Positions 49,781-59,983 of a stretch of 64,000 nt of DNA are shown one piece after another; the stretch's first letter is position 1, and every line of letters starts with the position of its first letter. The stretch is from Dehalococcoidia bacterium (GTDB lineage: Bacteria; Chloroflexota; Dehalococcoidia; GIF9; UBA5629). Location of the stretch: the NCBI GenBank assembly GCA_011170325.1, contig DUEX01000001.1:373-64372 (forward strand), given 5' to 3'. The notes under the pieces were generated by a model. It was not told where the DNA came from, ran no database searches, and was given only the letters and a program-made list of their open reading frames with translations. The position numbers and the translations under genes were made by a program.

Positions 49781-51193
49781 TTGGAGGAAAAACCAAAGCC
49801 GAAGCTTGATTTAAATAGAGTGCCAATGCCTAGGCAAGATCCAAAGGCCAGGGCAAAAAATTATAATGAGGTAGCTCTGGGCTACACTGAGGAAATGGCA
49901 CTTCAGGAGGCAAATCGTTGCATTCAATGCCCAAAGCGTCCATGTATCGATGGCTGCCCAGTAAATGTGGACATTCCCGACTTTATTAAGGCAATACGAG
50001 ACAACGATATGGCCGAGGCAGTAAGGATACTCAAAAGCAAGAACAGCCTTCCCGGTGTCTGTGGACGTGTCTGTCCTCAGGAAACACAGTGCGAAGCGCT
50101 ATGCTCGCTGGGCAAAAAGGGGGCGCCTATAGCTATCGGCCGCCTGGAGCGCTACGTGGCTGATTGGGAACAAAGCCATGGTTCAAATCCACGTCCTTCA
50201 CCTGAATTGCCACCACCGACGGACAAAAAAGTAGCTGTCATTGGCTCAGGCCCAGCCGGGTTAACCTGTGCTGCTGATCTAGCCAAATTGGGACATGAAG
50301 TGACTATTTTTGAGGCGCTCCATGTTGCTGGTGGTGTGCTAATGTATGGCATTCCTGAGTTCAGACTTCCCAAGAGTATCGTCCAGGCTGAAGTTGACTT
50401 TGTTAAGTCTTTAGGGGTGGATATCAGGCTCGATTCAGTAATGGGTAAATTAGCTACTGTTGACGAGCTATTAGAAGGTGACTACGATGCTATCTTCTTA
50501 GGCACCGGAGCTGGATTGCCGATGTTCATGGATATACCCGGTGAGAACCTCAACGGTATCTATTCAGCTAATGAATTCCTTACCAGGGTCAATCTAATGA
50601 AAGCCTATCTCTTTCCTGAATATGATACCCCCATAAAGGTGGGAAGGAGAGTAGCCGTTATAGGTGGTGGCAATGTAGCCATGGACTCAGCTCGCTGTGC
50701 CCTAAGGCTTGGAGCCAATGAAGTTTATATCGTCTACCGACGGTCTCGAGCCGAGATGCCAGCCCGACTTGAGGAGGCAGAAAACGCTGAGGAGGAAGGG
50801 ATTATCTTCAAGATTCTCACTAATCCAAAGCAGTTTATAGGCGATAACCAGGGCTGGGTAACAGCCATGGAATGCTACGAGATGGAACTGGGTGAACCTG
50901 ATGCCAGTGGCCGACGTCGCCCCATTGTCAAGGAAGGTAGTGAATTCATCATCGATGTTGATGTGGTGGTTGTAGCTCTGGGAACAACCCCTAATCCTTT
51001 AATTCCGTCAACTACAAAAGGCTTAGAAACCACAAAGCGTGGCACTGTAGTCGCCGATGAGGAAACCGGTAAAACGGTGAAGGACAAAGTCTGGGCTGGC
51101 GGCGATGTTGTTACTGGTGCAGCTACGGTCATCAGCGCTATGGGTGCTGGAAAAAGAGCTGCCGCCTCAATAGATGCCTATCTCAAGAGATAG
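49781..51193 (+). CDS. nfnB: NfnB/SudA/GltD-like NADPH-dependent FAD oxidoreductase with N-terminal 2x[4Fe-4S]
   Basis: CIQCPKRPCIDGCP and CGRVCPQETQCEALC motifs, with VAVIGSGPAGLTCAADLAKLGHEVTIFE. Confidence 0.75.
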   Translation: MEEKPKPKLDLNRVPMPRQDPKARAKNYNEVALGYTEEMALQEANRCIQCPKRPCIDGCPVNVDIPDFIKAIRDNDMAEAVRILKSKNSLPGVCGRVCPQETQCEALCSLGKKGAPIAIGRLERYVADWEQSHGSNPRPSPELPPPTDKKVAVIGSGPAGLTCAADLAKLGHEVTIFEALHVAGGVLMYGIPEFRLPKSIVQAEVDFVKSLGVDIRLDSVMGKLATVDELLEGDYDAIFLGTGAGLPMFMDIPGENLNGIYSANEFLTRVNLMKAYLFPEYDTPIKVGRRVAVIGGGNVAMDSARCALRLGANEVYIVYRRSRAEMPARLEEAENAEEEGIIFKILTNPKQFIGDNQGWVTAMECYEMELGEPDASGRRRPIVKEGSEFIIDVDVVVVALGTTPNPLIPSTTKGLETTKRGTVVADEETGKTVKDKVWAGGDVVTGAATVISAMGAGKRAAASIDAYLKR

Positions 51194-51338
51194 TGACTCC
51201 ACTCTAGTCTTTCTGCAACATACACTTGGCCCCGTCTTAGCTATCCGGGTTATAATGATTGGTGGTTAGACAAGATGCCAATACTTCCCACACTGACAAG
51301 GCTCTCTAGAGAGACATCAACCTAGTCTTATGTCCCTT

Positions 51339-51893
51339 TTATTCTTCTAGCTTAAATTCCCATTGGCAACAGACTTCATTCTTGCTTTTTCTGGGCGGTG
51401 ATTTCAGGCACTTTACCTCTATGCCAGGACTAAAAAAGGAGGCATAGTCTTTAAAAACCTTAGTGTCTACCAGATTACAAATGCTCTCTTCTCTCCCTTC
51501 GCCTTCCTCTTCTAGAGCTATTAGTGTAGGACAGTGAGTGATCGTAAGCATAGCCTGATTCCTATTCTCAACCTCCAGTTTATATTCAAGATTCCAAAAC
51601 CATGGGCTGAGTTGAAGAGTCTTCACGAGAGCAGCAACATCGTTTCCGTCGATTTTCATCATCTTCGTGAGACGCTTTGATTCATACTTAACTACACTTT
51701 CCCAAGCCAATAAGTCACAGGCCAGAGCTTCCTCATTACTACTCCTCTCCTTAACTGAAAGATACCAAAATCCGTCTATTGCCAGGTAAAACCTAGCATA
51801 TAGCCTTAGCAGCTCTATAAGCGTATCTTTAGAAAAGCTCTCAAGGCGCATTTCCGGAAGAAATTCTCCGTTGTAATCCCTCAGTATTTTCAC
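51339..51893 (-). CDS. Hypothetical cytosolic protein (Cys-containing, 184 aa)
   Basis: ORF of plausible coding character. No family recognised by eye. Confidence 0.4.
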   Translation of the reverse strand: MKILRDYNGEFLPEMRLESFSKDTLIELLRLYARFYLAIDGFWYLSVKERSSNEEALACDLLAWESVVKYESKRLTKMMKIDGNDVAALVKTLQLSPWFWNLEYKLEVENRNQAMLTITHCPTLIALEEEGEGREESICNLVDTKVFKDYASFFSPGIEVKCLKSPPRKSKNEVCCQWEFKLEE

Positions 51894-52149
51894 AATAGCC
51901 TCCTTATAGTATTTTGCTCAAACGTTTCCCACCGTGAACACTTTTCTTCTTATGGTCATGACACCATTAAATGCTAATTAGTGCTTCAACAGCATAGTCT
52001 CTTAGGTTATGACCTTGATTGCTAAGGTTAGCTTGGTTTGTCGCGTAGTTTATAGCTTTTTGCCGAAGTCGTCAAAAACTTGACAAATCCCGAATAGATA
52101 CTTAAAATATACTGCAATAGAATATAGCAAAGGCTGAGAACAGAACTAG

Positions 52150-52412
52150 TACGCCTTAAAGCGAAGCTACAGAGAGTCAGAGTAGGTGAAAGCTGATGCT
52201 AGCGCAAAGGCTGAATGGATCTGGGAGCCGCAAACCGAAAGGTTAGTGGAAGCAAGCACGAGTAGGTTTTGACGCAAGGGTAGCGTTATCAAAACTCAGG
52301 GTATCGCTTTAGTAAATTACAGCCGTACCTGAAAGAGATGGTCGATAAAGGCCAACAAGGGTGGCACCGCGAAGCTTAAGCCTCTCGCCCCTTAGGCGAG
52401 AGGCTTAAATTT
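52150..52412 (+). promoter_or_regulatory. T-box riboswitch leader (probable tRNA-Trp responsive) with intrinsic terminator, upstream of trpE
   Basis: Conserved T-box AAGGGTGGCACCGCG at 52357..52371. Followed by the terminator hairpin AAGCCTCTCGCC-CCTTA-GGCGAGAGGCTT (52378..52406) and then AAATTTAT. Upstream AGAGAG and AGTAGG Stem-I-like elements, and a TGGA candidate specifier. Confidence 0.55.
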
Positions 52413-52426
52413 ATAAAGGATCAAAT

Positions 52427-53923
52427 ATGTACTTGCCGGACTTAAATACTTTCTGCCATAAAACAGAAACTGGCAATTTAGTGCCAGTCTTCCGTGAGCT
52501 ATCAGCAGATTTAGAAACCCCGGTATCAGTGTTCCTTAAACTAAAGAATGATACTCCCTGTTTCTTGCTAGAGAGTGTAGAGAGGGGCGAACAATTAGGA
52601 CGTTACTCCTTTATTGGTACCAATCCCTTCCTAATCTTTCAAGCTCAGGGTACAAAAGGAAGCATAAATGACCATGGTAAAATAAGCAAGGCTTACTTCG
52701 ACCCACCACCATCGGATAACAATCCCCTGAGGGAAATCCAAAGGCTACTTTCTCAATACAAAGTAGCAGCTGTCCCTGAATTGCCCCGTTTCTTCGGAGG
52801 TGCCGTTGGTTACCTATCTTATGACATGGTACGCTTTTTTGAAAAACTACCGCCATCACCTAAAGACCAGCTTAAGCTTCCTGATTGCGTTTTCCTCTTC
52901 ACCGATACTTTGGTCATCTTCGACCACGTCGCTAATAAGATGAAAATTGTATCTAATGCCATGGCCAGCGACAACGACTCAGTTGCTTATCAAGAAGCGG
53001 TAGATAAAATCGAAGATATAATCTCTATCCTTAGCCAGCCACTAACTACAACAGAACCAGCCCGCACATCCACCCCAGACGATTCTGAGACCCCCCAATT
53101 AAGTTCCAATTTTACATCACAAGAGTTCAATGAAGCGGTAAAAGTCGCCAAAGAGCATATTCTTAATGGAGATGCCTTCCAGATTGTCCTATCTCAACGT
53201 TTGTGCCGTCAGACCACGGCTCAACCATTCTCCATCTATAGGGCATTGCGCATGCTTAATCCCTCGCCATATATGTTTTACCTCGACTTTAGCAACTTCC
53301 AACTGATTGGGTCATCTCCCGAGATGCTAGTCAAGCTTGAAGGCAACCAAGCTGAAACCCGCCCTATTGCTGGCACTAGACCAAGAGGGAATAGCGAAGA
53401 CAAAGATGAACTGATTATCACCGAGTTGCTTGCCGACCCTAAAGAGAGGGCCGAACATGTAATGCTGGTCGACCTAGGCAGAAATGATCTGGGGAGAGTT
53501 TGCCGCTTTGGCACCGTCGAAACGCCCCTCTTCATGACTACGGAGAAATACTCTCATGTTATCCATATAGTCTCCTCAGTAACCGGCGAATTGCAGGAAA
53601 AGCAGAATGCATTCGACCTGCTTCATGCTTGCTTCCCAGCAGGCACAGTCACTGGAGCTCCGAAAATCAGAGCTATGGAAATTATTAATGAGCTGGAAGG
53701 AGTAAGCCGAGGGCCTTATGCTGGCGCAGTAGGCTATTTCAGCTTCACAGGTAACATGGATACCTGCATAACTATTCGCACAATTGTCCAGATTGGTAAT
53801 ACTGTTTACCTTCAAGGTGGCGCTGGTATCGTTGCTGACTCAGACCCAGAACGAGAATACTTGGAAACCCTCAAAAAGATGGAGGTTCTACAAAAGGCAG
53901 TTAATTTAGCTGAAACTAGGTGA
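52427..53923 (+). CDS. trpE: Anthranilate synthase component I
   Basis: 498 aa with chorismate-binding enzyme motifs LLESVERGEQLGRYSFIG and GAVGYFSFTGNMDTCITIR. Confidence 0.9.
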   Translation: MYLPDLNTFCHKTETGNLVPVFRELSADLETPVSVFLKLKNDTPCFLLESVERGEQLGRYSFIGTNPFLIFQAQGTKGSINDHGKISKAYFDPPPSDNNPLREIQRLLSQYKVAAVPELPRFFGGAVGYLSYDMVRFFEKLPPSPKDQLKLPDCVFLFTDTLVIFDHVANKMKIVSNAMASDNDSVAYQEAVDKIEDIISILSQPLTTTEPARTSTPDDSETPQLSSNFTSQEFNEAVKVAKEHILNGDAFQIVLSQRLCRQTTAQPFSIYRALRMLNPSPYMFYLDFSNFQLIGSSPEMLVKLEGNQAETRPIAGTRPRGNSEDKDELIITELLADPKERAEHVMLVDLGRNDLGRVCRFGTVETPLFMTTEKYSHVIHIVSSVTGELQEKQNAFDLLHACFPAGTVTGAPKIRAMEIINELEGVSRGPYAGAVGYFSFTGNMDTCITIRTIVQIGNTVYLQGGAGIVADSDPEREYLETLKKMEVLQKAVNLAETR

Positions 53924-53935
53924 GGATTTAAAACT

Positions 53936-54946
53936 GTGATTAGAGAAGCGATTGCTAAATTGATAGAAAAGAATGATCTTGCCGAAAGCGAAGCTGAAGC
54001 GGTTATGCACCAGATCATGCACGGTGAGGCTACCCCCAGTCAAATAGGTGCTTTCCTTACTGCACTCCGAATGAAAGGAGAGACCGTAGATGAAATTACC
54101 GGCTGCGCCCGGGCTATGCGGGCTAACGCTATAAGTGTAACCACCAATCAAAAATTACTGGTAGATACCTGTGGCACCGGAGGTGATAGCACAGGCACAT
54201 TCAATATTTCCACTATTGTCAGCCTGGTAGTAGCTGGAACTAAATTAGCTGTAGCTAAACATGGCAACCGCTCCGTATCCAGCCGCTGTGGCAGTGCCGA
54301 CCTCCTTGAAACTCTGGGCGTCAAAATCGACCTTGGTCCTGAAGAGGTAGCAAGATGTATAGACGAGGTGGGCATCGGCTTTCTCTTCGCCCCACGTTTC
54401 CATCCAGCTATGAAATATGCCTCCACACCTCGCCGTGAAATGGGCATTAGAACTATCTTTAACCTCCTAGGGCCATTAATCAACCCAGCTTCAGCCTCAG
54501 TTCAACTGATGGGTATCTATGCCCCCGAGCTTACTGAAACCTTAGCACAGGTTTTAGATTCACTAGGCACCCATCAAGCTATGGTAGTCCATGGAGGCGG
54601 TCTTGACGAGCTTTCTACCACAGCTACCAACAGAATAAGCCAGCTCACGAATGGCCAAGTAACTACTTACTACCTTGATCCTAGTGAATTAGGGTTACCA
54701 CCGACCCGCTTGGAAGAATTGAAAGGCGGGGCACCCCGGGAAAACGCTAAAATTGCACTGAATCTGCTCCGAGGCGAGCCGGGTGCAAAAAGAGATATTG
54801 TGCTACTAAACGCTGCCGCTGCCCTTGTTACCGCGGGAAAAGCCAAGGATTTCAAGGCAGGCGTGGCTATAGCTACTGAATCCATTGACGGTGGCCAAGC
54901 ACTGAACAAGCTAGAGGAGCTTATCCATTTAAGCAACGCTCTTTGA
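53936..54946 (+). CDS. trpD: Anthranilate phosphoribosyltransferase
   Basis: LVDTCGTGGDSTGTFNIST motif. 336 aa. Confidence 0.9.
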   Translation: MIREAIAKLIEKNDLAESEAEAVMHQIMHGEATPSQIGAFLTALRMKGETVDEITGCARAMRANAISVTTNQKLLVDTCGTGGDSTGTFNISTIVSLVVAGTKLAVAKHGNRSVSSRCGSADLLETLGVKIDLGPEEVARCIDEVGIGFLFAPRFHPAMKYASTPRREMGIRTIFNLLGPLINPASASVQLMGIYAPELTETLAQVLDSLGTHQAMVVHGGGLDELSTTATNRISQLTNGQVTTYYLDPSELGLPPTRLEELKGGAPRENAKIALNLLRGEPGAKRDIVLLNAAAALVTAGKAKDFKAGVAIATESIDGGQALNKLEELIHLSNAL

Positions 54947-54955
54947 GATTTTGAT

Positions 54956-55777
54956 ATGACTAATAACAAAATTCTTGACAATATAATAGCTACTACTTAT
55001 CGAAGCCTTGCCCAAAGAAAACGCCAAAAACCTTTGAACGAGCTTAAGCAGGAAATAAGCCAAAAAAGCAAGCCTAAAGATTTGGAAGATTGCTTGCGGG
55101 GAGAAGAAATTAAACTTATTGCTGAAATCAAAAGGGCATCGCCAAGCAAAGGGGCGCTACATCCTGACCTTAATATTATTAAGTCAGCCCAAAGCTATGC
55201 TCAAGGCGGAGCTGCAGCCATCTCAGTGCTCACTGAACCAACCTTCTTCTTAGGAAGTTTTGCTGACTTAGGCATAGTTCGAAAAGCCACAAATTTGCCT
55301 ATCTTATGTAAAGATTTCATCCTTGATACCTACCAAATTTACGAAGCTCGTGCTTACGGAGCCGATGCCATATTAATTATCGCTGCCATACTCCAGCAGC
55401 AAGAGCTAAAATCCTTAGCCACGCTGGCTCATGACCTTGACATGTCAGCTCTAATAGAAGTGCACGATGAAACGGATATAGAGAAGGCGCTGGATGCTGA
55501 AGCCTGCCTTATCGGCATAAACAACCGCAATTTGGCCGACTTCAGCGTTAATCTGGAAACAACTTTAAGGCTACGACCTCTAATCCCAGAACACGCGACT
55601 GTAGTAAGTGAAAGTGGCATCCAATCTGCTGCTGACATAGCTAGGCTTAAGGCAGCCGGAATCAATGCCATTCTAGTTGGCGAAGCTCTAGTTACCAGCC
55701 CTGACCCAGTAGCTAAAATCAAACAACTGCTGGGCTTAATCCCCGTAAGGCAAGGGAATTTCAATGGTAAGAGTTAA
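54956..55777 (+). CDS. trpC: Indole-3-glycerol phosphate synthase
   Basis: LIAEIKRASPSKG and ILCKDFI motifs. ALIEVHDE. Confidence 0.85.
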   Translation: MTNNKILDNIIATTYRSLAQRKRQKPLNELKQEISQKSKPKDLEDCLRGEEIKLIAEIKRASPSKGALHPDLNIIKSAQSYAQGGAAAISVLTEPTFFLGSFADLGIVRKATNLPILCKDFILDTYQIYEARAYGADAILIIAAILQQQELKSLATLAHDLDMSALIEVHDETDIEKALDAEACLIGINNRNLADFSVNLETTLRLRPLIPEHATVVSESGIQSAADIARLKAAGINAILVGEALVTSPDPVAKIKQLLGLIPVRQGNFNGKS

Positions 55778-56393
55778 GGTCTGCGGTATAACCAATATTC
55801 AAGATGCCCTATCAGCCATAGACTACGGTGCTGATGCCTTGGGCTTTGTCTTTGCTCCAAGCCCGAGGCAGTTAACCCCAGAACAAGTTCAAGACATAGT
55901 TAGCCAATTGCCTCCTCATACTTGTAAAGTTGGCGTCTTTGTGGATTTCGAGTTAGCAACCGTAAATGATATAAAATCAAGATGCCATTTAGACATAGTT
56001 CAACTACATGGCTCCGAGAGTCCTGAGTATTGCCAATCTCTTTTACCCAATGTAATAAAATCTTTCCAGGTTAGAGATGAAACAATCTTAGAGCTCCTAC
56101 CCACCTATAGGGTAAAGGCTTACCTACTGGATAGCTACCACACTAAACTAAAAGGTGGCACAGGACACAGTTTCGATTGGTCAATCGCTAAAAAAGCTAA
56201 GGAATACGGACCGATTATCTTATCTGGCGGGCTTAACCCGGATAATATACGCCAAGCTATTGCCGCTGTCCAGCCATTTGCCGTAGATGTCTCCAGCGGT
56301 GTAGAGGCCACTCCAGGGAAAAAAGACCAAAATAAACTTCGCAATTTTTTGAAAGCAGCCAAACAAGTACAGGTAGAGAAGGCAAAGTTTTGA
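55764..56393 (+). CDS. trpF: Phosphoribosylanthranilate isomerase
   Basis: VKVCGIT...DALGFVF with the C-terminal LSGGLNPDN. Overlaps trpC by 14 nt. Confidence 0.85.
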   Translation: MVRVKVCGITNIQDALSAIDYGADALGFVFAPSPRQLTPEQVQDIVSQLPPHTCKVGVFVDFELATVNDIKSRCHLDIVQLHGSESPEYCQSLLPNVIKSFQVRDETILELLPTYRVKAYLLDSYHTKLKGGTGHSFDWSIAKKAKEYGPIILSGGLNPDNIRQAIAAVQPFAVDVSSGVEATPGKKDQNKLRNFLKAAKQVQVEKAKF

Positions 56394-57580
56394 AGTTACC
56401 TGATAACAAAGGCTATTTTGGAGAATACGGTGGCAAATTTGTACCTGAGGTACTAGTGGCACCTTTAGCCGAGTTAGAATCAGCTTATGCTGAAGCCTAC
56501 GCCGATACTCGTTTCTGGGATGAATTCAATGCCCTTTGCCACAACTGGATTGGACGCCCAACACCACTCTATTTCGCTCGCCAACTCTCAGCCAAGTTAG
56601 GAGGAGCCACCATTTTGCTCAAACGGGAAGATCTAGCTCATACTGGTGCTCATAAAATCAACAATACTTTAGGGCAAGGGCTGCTGGCAAAGCGGATGGG
56701 TAAGAAAAGGATTGTTGCCGAAACCGGGGCAGGGCAACACGGTGTAGCCACAGCCACAACATGCGCATTGCTTAATATCGAATGTGTTGTATACATGGGA
56801 GAAGAGGACATTCAGCGCCAGTCACTTAATGTCCTGCGCATGAAGTTACTGGGGGCTGAGGTACGGCCAGTATCTTCGGGTAGCCGAACTCTTAAGGATG
56901 CTATCAATGAAGCTATCAGAGACTGGATAACCAACGTATCTAACACTTACTACCTCCTTGGCTCGGTGGTCGGTCCTCATCCCTACCCCATGATGGTTCG
57001 TAATTTCCAGTCAATAATTGGCAAAGAAACAAGGGAGCAAGTATTAGCCGAATATGGGAATTTGCCTAATTATATAGTAGCTTGTGTTGGTGGTGGTAGT
57101 AATTCAATAGGCATCTTTTACCCATTTGTAGACGATAGCCCTATCAAATTGATTGGGGTCGAGGCTGCTGGAAAAGGATTAAGTAGTGGAAAACATGCTT
57201 CTCCTTTAATGGCTGGTAGAACCGGCGTTCTCCACGGAGCCAGGTCTTACTTAATGCAAGACGAGCACGGGCAGGTACTCACTACTTACAGTATCGCCCC
57301 TGGTTTAGATTATCCTGGCGTAGGACCGGAACACTGCTACTATAAAGACACTGGTCGAGTTAATTACACAAGTGTTACCGATAACCAAGCATTAGACGGC
57401 TTTCACCTCCTCTCCACCACCGAGGGCATTATCCCAGCACTAGAGCCAGCTCACGCTATCTACTATGCCGCTGAGCTAGCCAAGGATTTGACCAAAGACC
57501 AGATTATAATCATCAACCTTTCTGGTAGAGGAGACAAAGATTTGGATATAGTCTCTAAAGCTACGGGGGTAAGGCTATGA
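56390..57580 (+). CDS. trpB: Tryptophan synthase beta chain (TrpB1 type)
   Basis: [19 protein letters not shown]-lysine motif and GGGSNSIG. Confidence 0.9.
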   Translation: MKLPDNKGYFGEYGGKFVPEVLVAPLAELESAYAEAYADTRFWDEFNALCHNWIGRPTPLYFARQLSAKLGGATILLKREDLAHTGAHKINNTLGQGLLAKRMGKKRIVAETGAGQHGVATATTCALLNIECVVYMGEEDIQRQSLNVLRMKLLGAEVRPVSSGSRTLKDAINEAIRDWITNVSNTYYLLGSVVGPHPYPMMVRNFQSIIGKETREQVLAEYGNLPNYIVACVGGGSNSIGIFYPFVDDSPIKLIGVEAAGKGLSSGKHASPLMAGRTGVLHGARSYLMQDEHGQVLTTYSIAPGLDYPGVGPEHCYYKDTGRVNYTSVTDNQALDGFHLLSTTEGIIPALEPAHAIYYAAELAKDLTKDQIIIINLSGRGDKDLDIVSKATGVRL

Positions 57581-58356
57581 GCCAACTTGCTTCCGTTTTC
57601 ACTACCCCTGAACATAAAGCGTTAATTGCTTATGTTACTGTGGGTTATCCCAGTATTGAAGCTACCTTAGAAGTGGTACCATTACTAGCCTCCTTGGGCT
57701 GTGATGTAGTAGAGCTAGGTATTCCCTTTTCTGACCCATTGGCTGACGGAGTTACTATTCAGGAGGCAAGCTACCGAGCTCTGCGCCAAGGTGTTTCACC
57801 TTTGTCATGCCTAGACACAGCCGCTAGACTGCGAGAAAAAATAAGCATACCGTTGATATTTATGACTTACTATAATCCGGTTTTCAGTTTTGGAATAGAC
57901 AATTTTTGCCAGGCTTGCCTTAACTCAGGTATCGATGGGCTTATAATTCCTGATCTGCCTCCTGAGGAATCCAATGAACTAGAAACTTCCACCCAACAGC
58001 GCCAGCTTGACCTGATTTATTTGCTAGCGCCTAACAGTCCCGAGGAACGCATCAGAGTAGTAGCCCAAAAATCCCGTGGCTTTATCTACTTGGTTTCCCT
58101 CACCGGCACTACCGGTGCCCGAGAAAGGCTACCGCCGGATTTAGAAAGCTTTGTAGCTCGGGTGAGACAAAAAACCAGCCAACCCCTTTGTGTCGGCTTT
58201 GGCATCTCCACACCAGAGCAGGCACAGCGGGTAGCTAAAATAGCCGATGGCACAATTGTCGGTAGCCGTCTTATCCAGCTATTAGATGAACGACCACTTA
58301 ACAAGCTCGCCGAATTTATCAAAAGTTTACGAAAGGCTTTGGATAATCACCATTAG
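57577..58356 (+). CDS. trpA: Tryptophan synthase alpha chain
   Basis: [11 protein letters not shown] and [13 protein letters not shown] motifs. Confidence 0.9.
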   Translation: MSQLASVFTTPEHKALIAYVTVGYPSIEATLEVVPLLASLGCDVVELGIPFSDPLADGVTIQEASYRALRQGVSPLSCLDTAARLREKISIPLIFMTYYNPVFSFGIDNFCQACLNSGIDGLIIPDLPPEESNELETSTQQRQLDLIYLLAPNSPEERIRVVAQKSRGFIYLVSLTGTTGARERLPPDLESFVARVRQKTSQPLCVGFGISTPEQAQRVAKIADGTIVGSRLIQLLDERPLNKLAEFIKSLRKALDNHH

Positions 58357-58386
58357 CAGATAAAAAACTAAAAAGGAGGCAACAAT

Positions 58387-58446
58387 ATGTCAACAATGTC
58401 ATGGAGCTGGCCCCAAGAGGGCCAAGAACAGTTTCAATCACATTAA
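58387..58446 (+). CDS. Candidate Trp-rich leader peptide (19 codons, MSTMSWSWPQEGQEQFQSH)
   Basis: ATG 7 nt after AAAAGGAGG. Two Trp codons (TGG AGC TGG) within 19 codons. Ends 33 nt before the trpB2 start. Confidence 0.35.
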   Translation: MSTMSWSWPQEGQEQFQSH

Positions 58447-58479
58447 CAAAACTTTTAGCACTTAAAAAGGAGGATAAAA

Positions 58480-59844
58480 ATGGAAAGAACAATGTACTTT
58501 CTTGACCAAAAGGATATGCCAACTCACTGGTATAATATCCAGGCTGATTTGCCTGAGCCATTGCCACCTCTGCTTCATCCTGGTACCAAGGAGCCCACAC
58601 GTCTCCCCCCCCCGCTCTTCCCCGAGGCCTGTAATGAGCAGGAGTTCAGCAAAGAGCGCTGGATTGAGATCCCCGAAGAGGTACAAGAGATTTACCGCAC
58701 GTGGAGACCCACAGTATTACATCGGGCGCGTCGGCTGGAGAAAGCCTTAGACACACCAGCCAAGATCTTCTTTAAATATGAAGGGACAAGCCAGGCTGGT
58801 AGTCATAAACCCAACACTGCCGTAGCTCAAGCCTATTATGCAAAAAAACAGGGGGCTAAGCGCATGACCACAGAGACCGGTGCTGGACAGTGGGGAAGTG
58901 CCCTCTCCATGGGCTGCATGTTCTTTGGTCTCGAATTAAAGGTCTATATGGTTAAAGTAAGCTACAACCAGAAACCTTATCGCCGTATCTTGATGGAGAC
59001 CTGGGGAGCCAACTGCGTGCCCAGCCCTAGCACAGATACCGAAATCGGACGCAAAATTCTAGCTGAAAACCCCGACTCACCGGGCAGCCTGGGGATTGCC
59101 ATCAGCGAGGCGATAGAAGATGCTCTAAATCGTGATGATACTTTCTATTCTATAGGCAGCGTAGTAAATCATGTCCTACTACACCAGACTATTGTAGGCG
59201 AGGAGACCCGGAAGCAAATGGAGATGGCGGATGCCTACCCTGATATTATCGTCGGCTGTATCGGCGGCGGCTCTAACTTCGCCGGGCAATTCCTGCCCTG
59301 GATCAGGGATAAAATTAGCGGGAAAAAACCAGACATGCGCATCATCTGCGTTGAGCCCATGGCTGCCCCCAGCTTGACCAAGGGTCCCTATACTTGGGAC
59401 TATGGGGATATAGCTGGCCTTGCCCCTATAGTCAAGATGTATACCCTAGGGCATACCTTTATTCCATCCCCAATTCACGCTGGAGGACTGCGCTACCATG
59501 GGATGGCACCCATAATATGCCACCTCTATAAGTTAGGATTAGTCGAGGCTAGGGCTGAGTATCAGATCCCGGTCTTCGAGGCAGGCGTAAAGTTTGCTCG
59601 GACTGAGGGCATTATCACGGCCCCGGAACCATGCCATGACCTCAAGGTAACTATTGATGAAGCCCTTAAATGTAGGGAAGCAGGCGAATCAAAGACCATC
59701 CTGATAGCTCATAGTGGACACGGGCATTTCGACCTGGCTGCCTATGACGAATATCTCTCAGGAAAGCTTAAGGATTATGAGTATCCTGAAGAGAAGGTAA
59801 GGGAAGCTTTAGCTGAATTACCAAAAGTACCGTCGGGGATATAA
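58480..59844 (+). CDS. Tryptophan synthase beta chain-like, TrpB2 type
   Basis: 454 aa with an extended N-terminus ([18 protein letters not shown]), the PLP-lysine motif SHKPNTA, and GGGSNFAG. Confidence 0.8.
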   Translation: MERTMYFLDQKDMPTHWYNIQADLPEPLPPLLHPGTKEPTRLPPPLFPEACNEQEFSKERWIEIPEEVQEIYRTWRPTVLHRARRLEKALDTPAKIFFKYEGTSQAGSHKPNTAVAQAYYAKKQGAKRMTTETGAGQWGSALSMGCMFFGLELKVYMVKVSYNQKPYRRILMETWGANCVPSPSTDTEIGRKILAENPDSPGSLGIAISEAIEDALNRDDTFYSIGSVVNHVLLHQTIVGEETRKQMEMADAYPDIIVGCIGGGSNFAGQFLPWIRDKISGKKPDMRIICVEPMAAPSLTKGPYTWDYGDIAGLAPIVKMYTLGHTFIPSPIHAGGLRYHGMAPIICHLYKLGLVEARAEYQIPVFEAGVKFARTEGIITAPEPCHDLKVTIDEALKCREAGESKTILIAHSGHGHFDLAAYDEYLSGKLKDYEYPEEKVREALAELPKVPSGI

Positions 59845-59983
59845 TAAAGGTTTAAGGTTCAGCCTAGAAGGAAAGGGCGAGCAGCCCAGGGCCAGTATCG
59901 ACGCCAGCAATCGGTAGCCAGTTAGCAATTTAGACTTCGATACAGTCAAACTGAGAGGAGATTATATCTCTGAAGTTTGCGGC

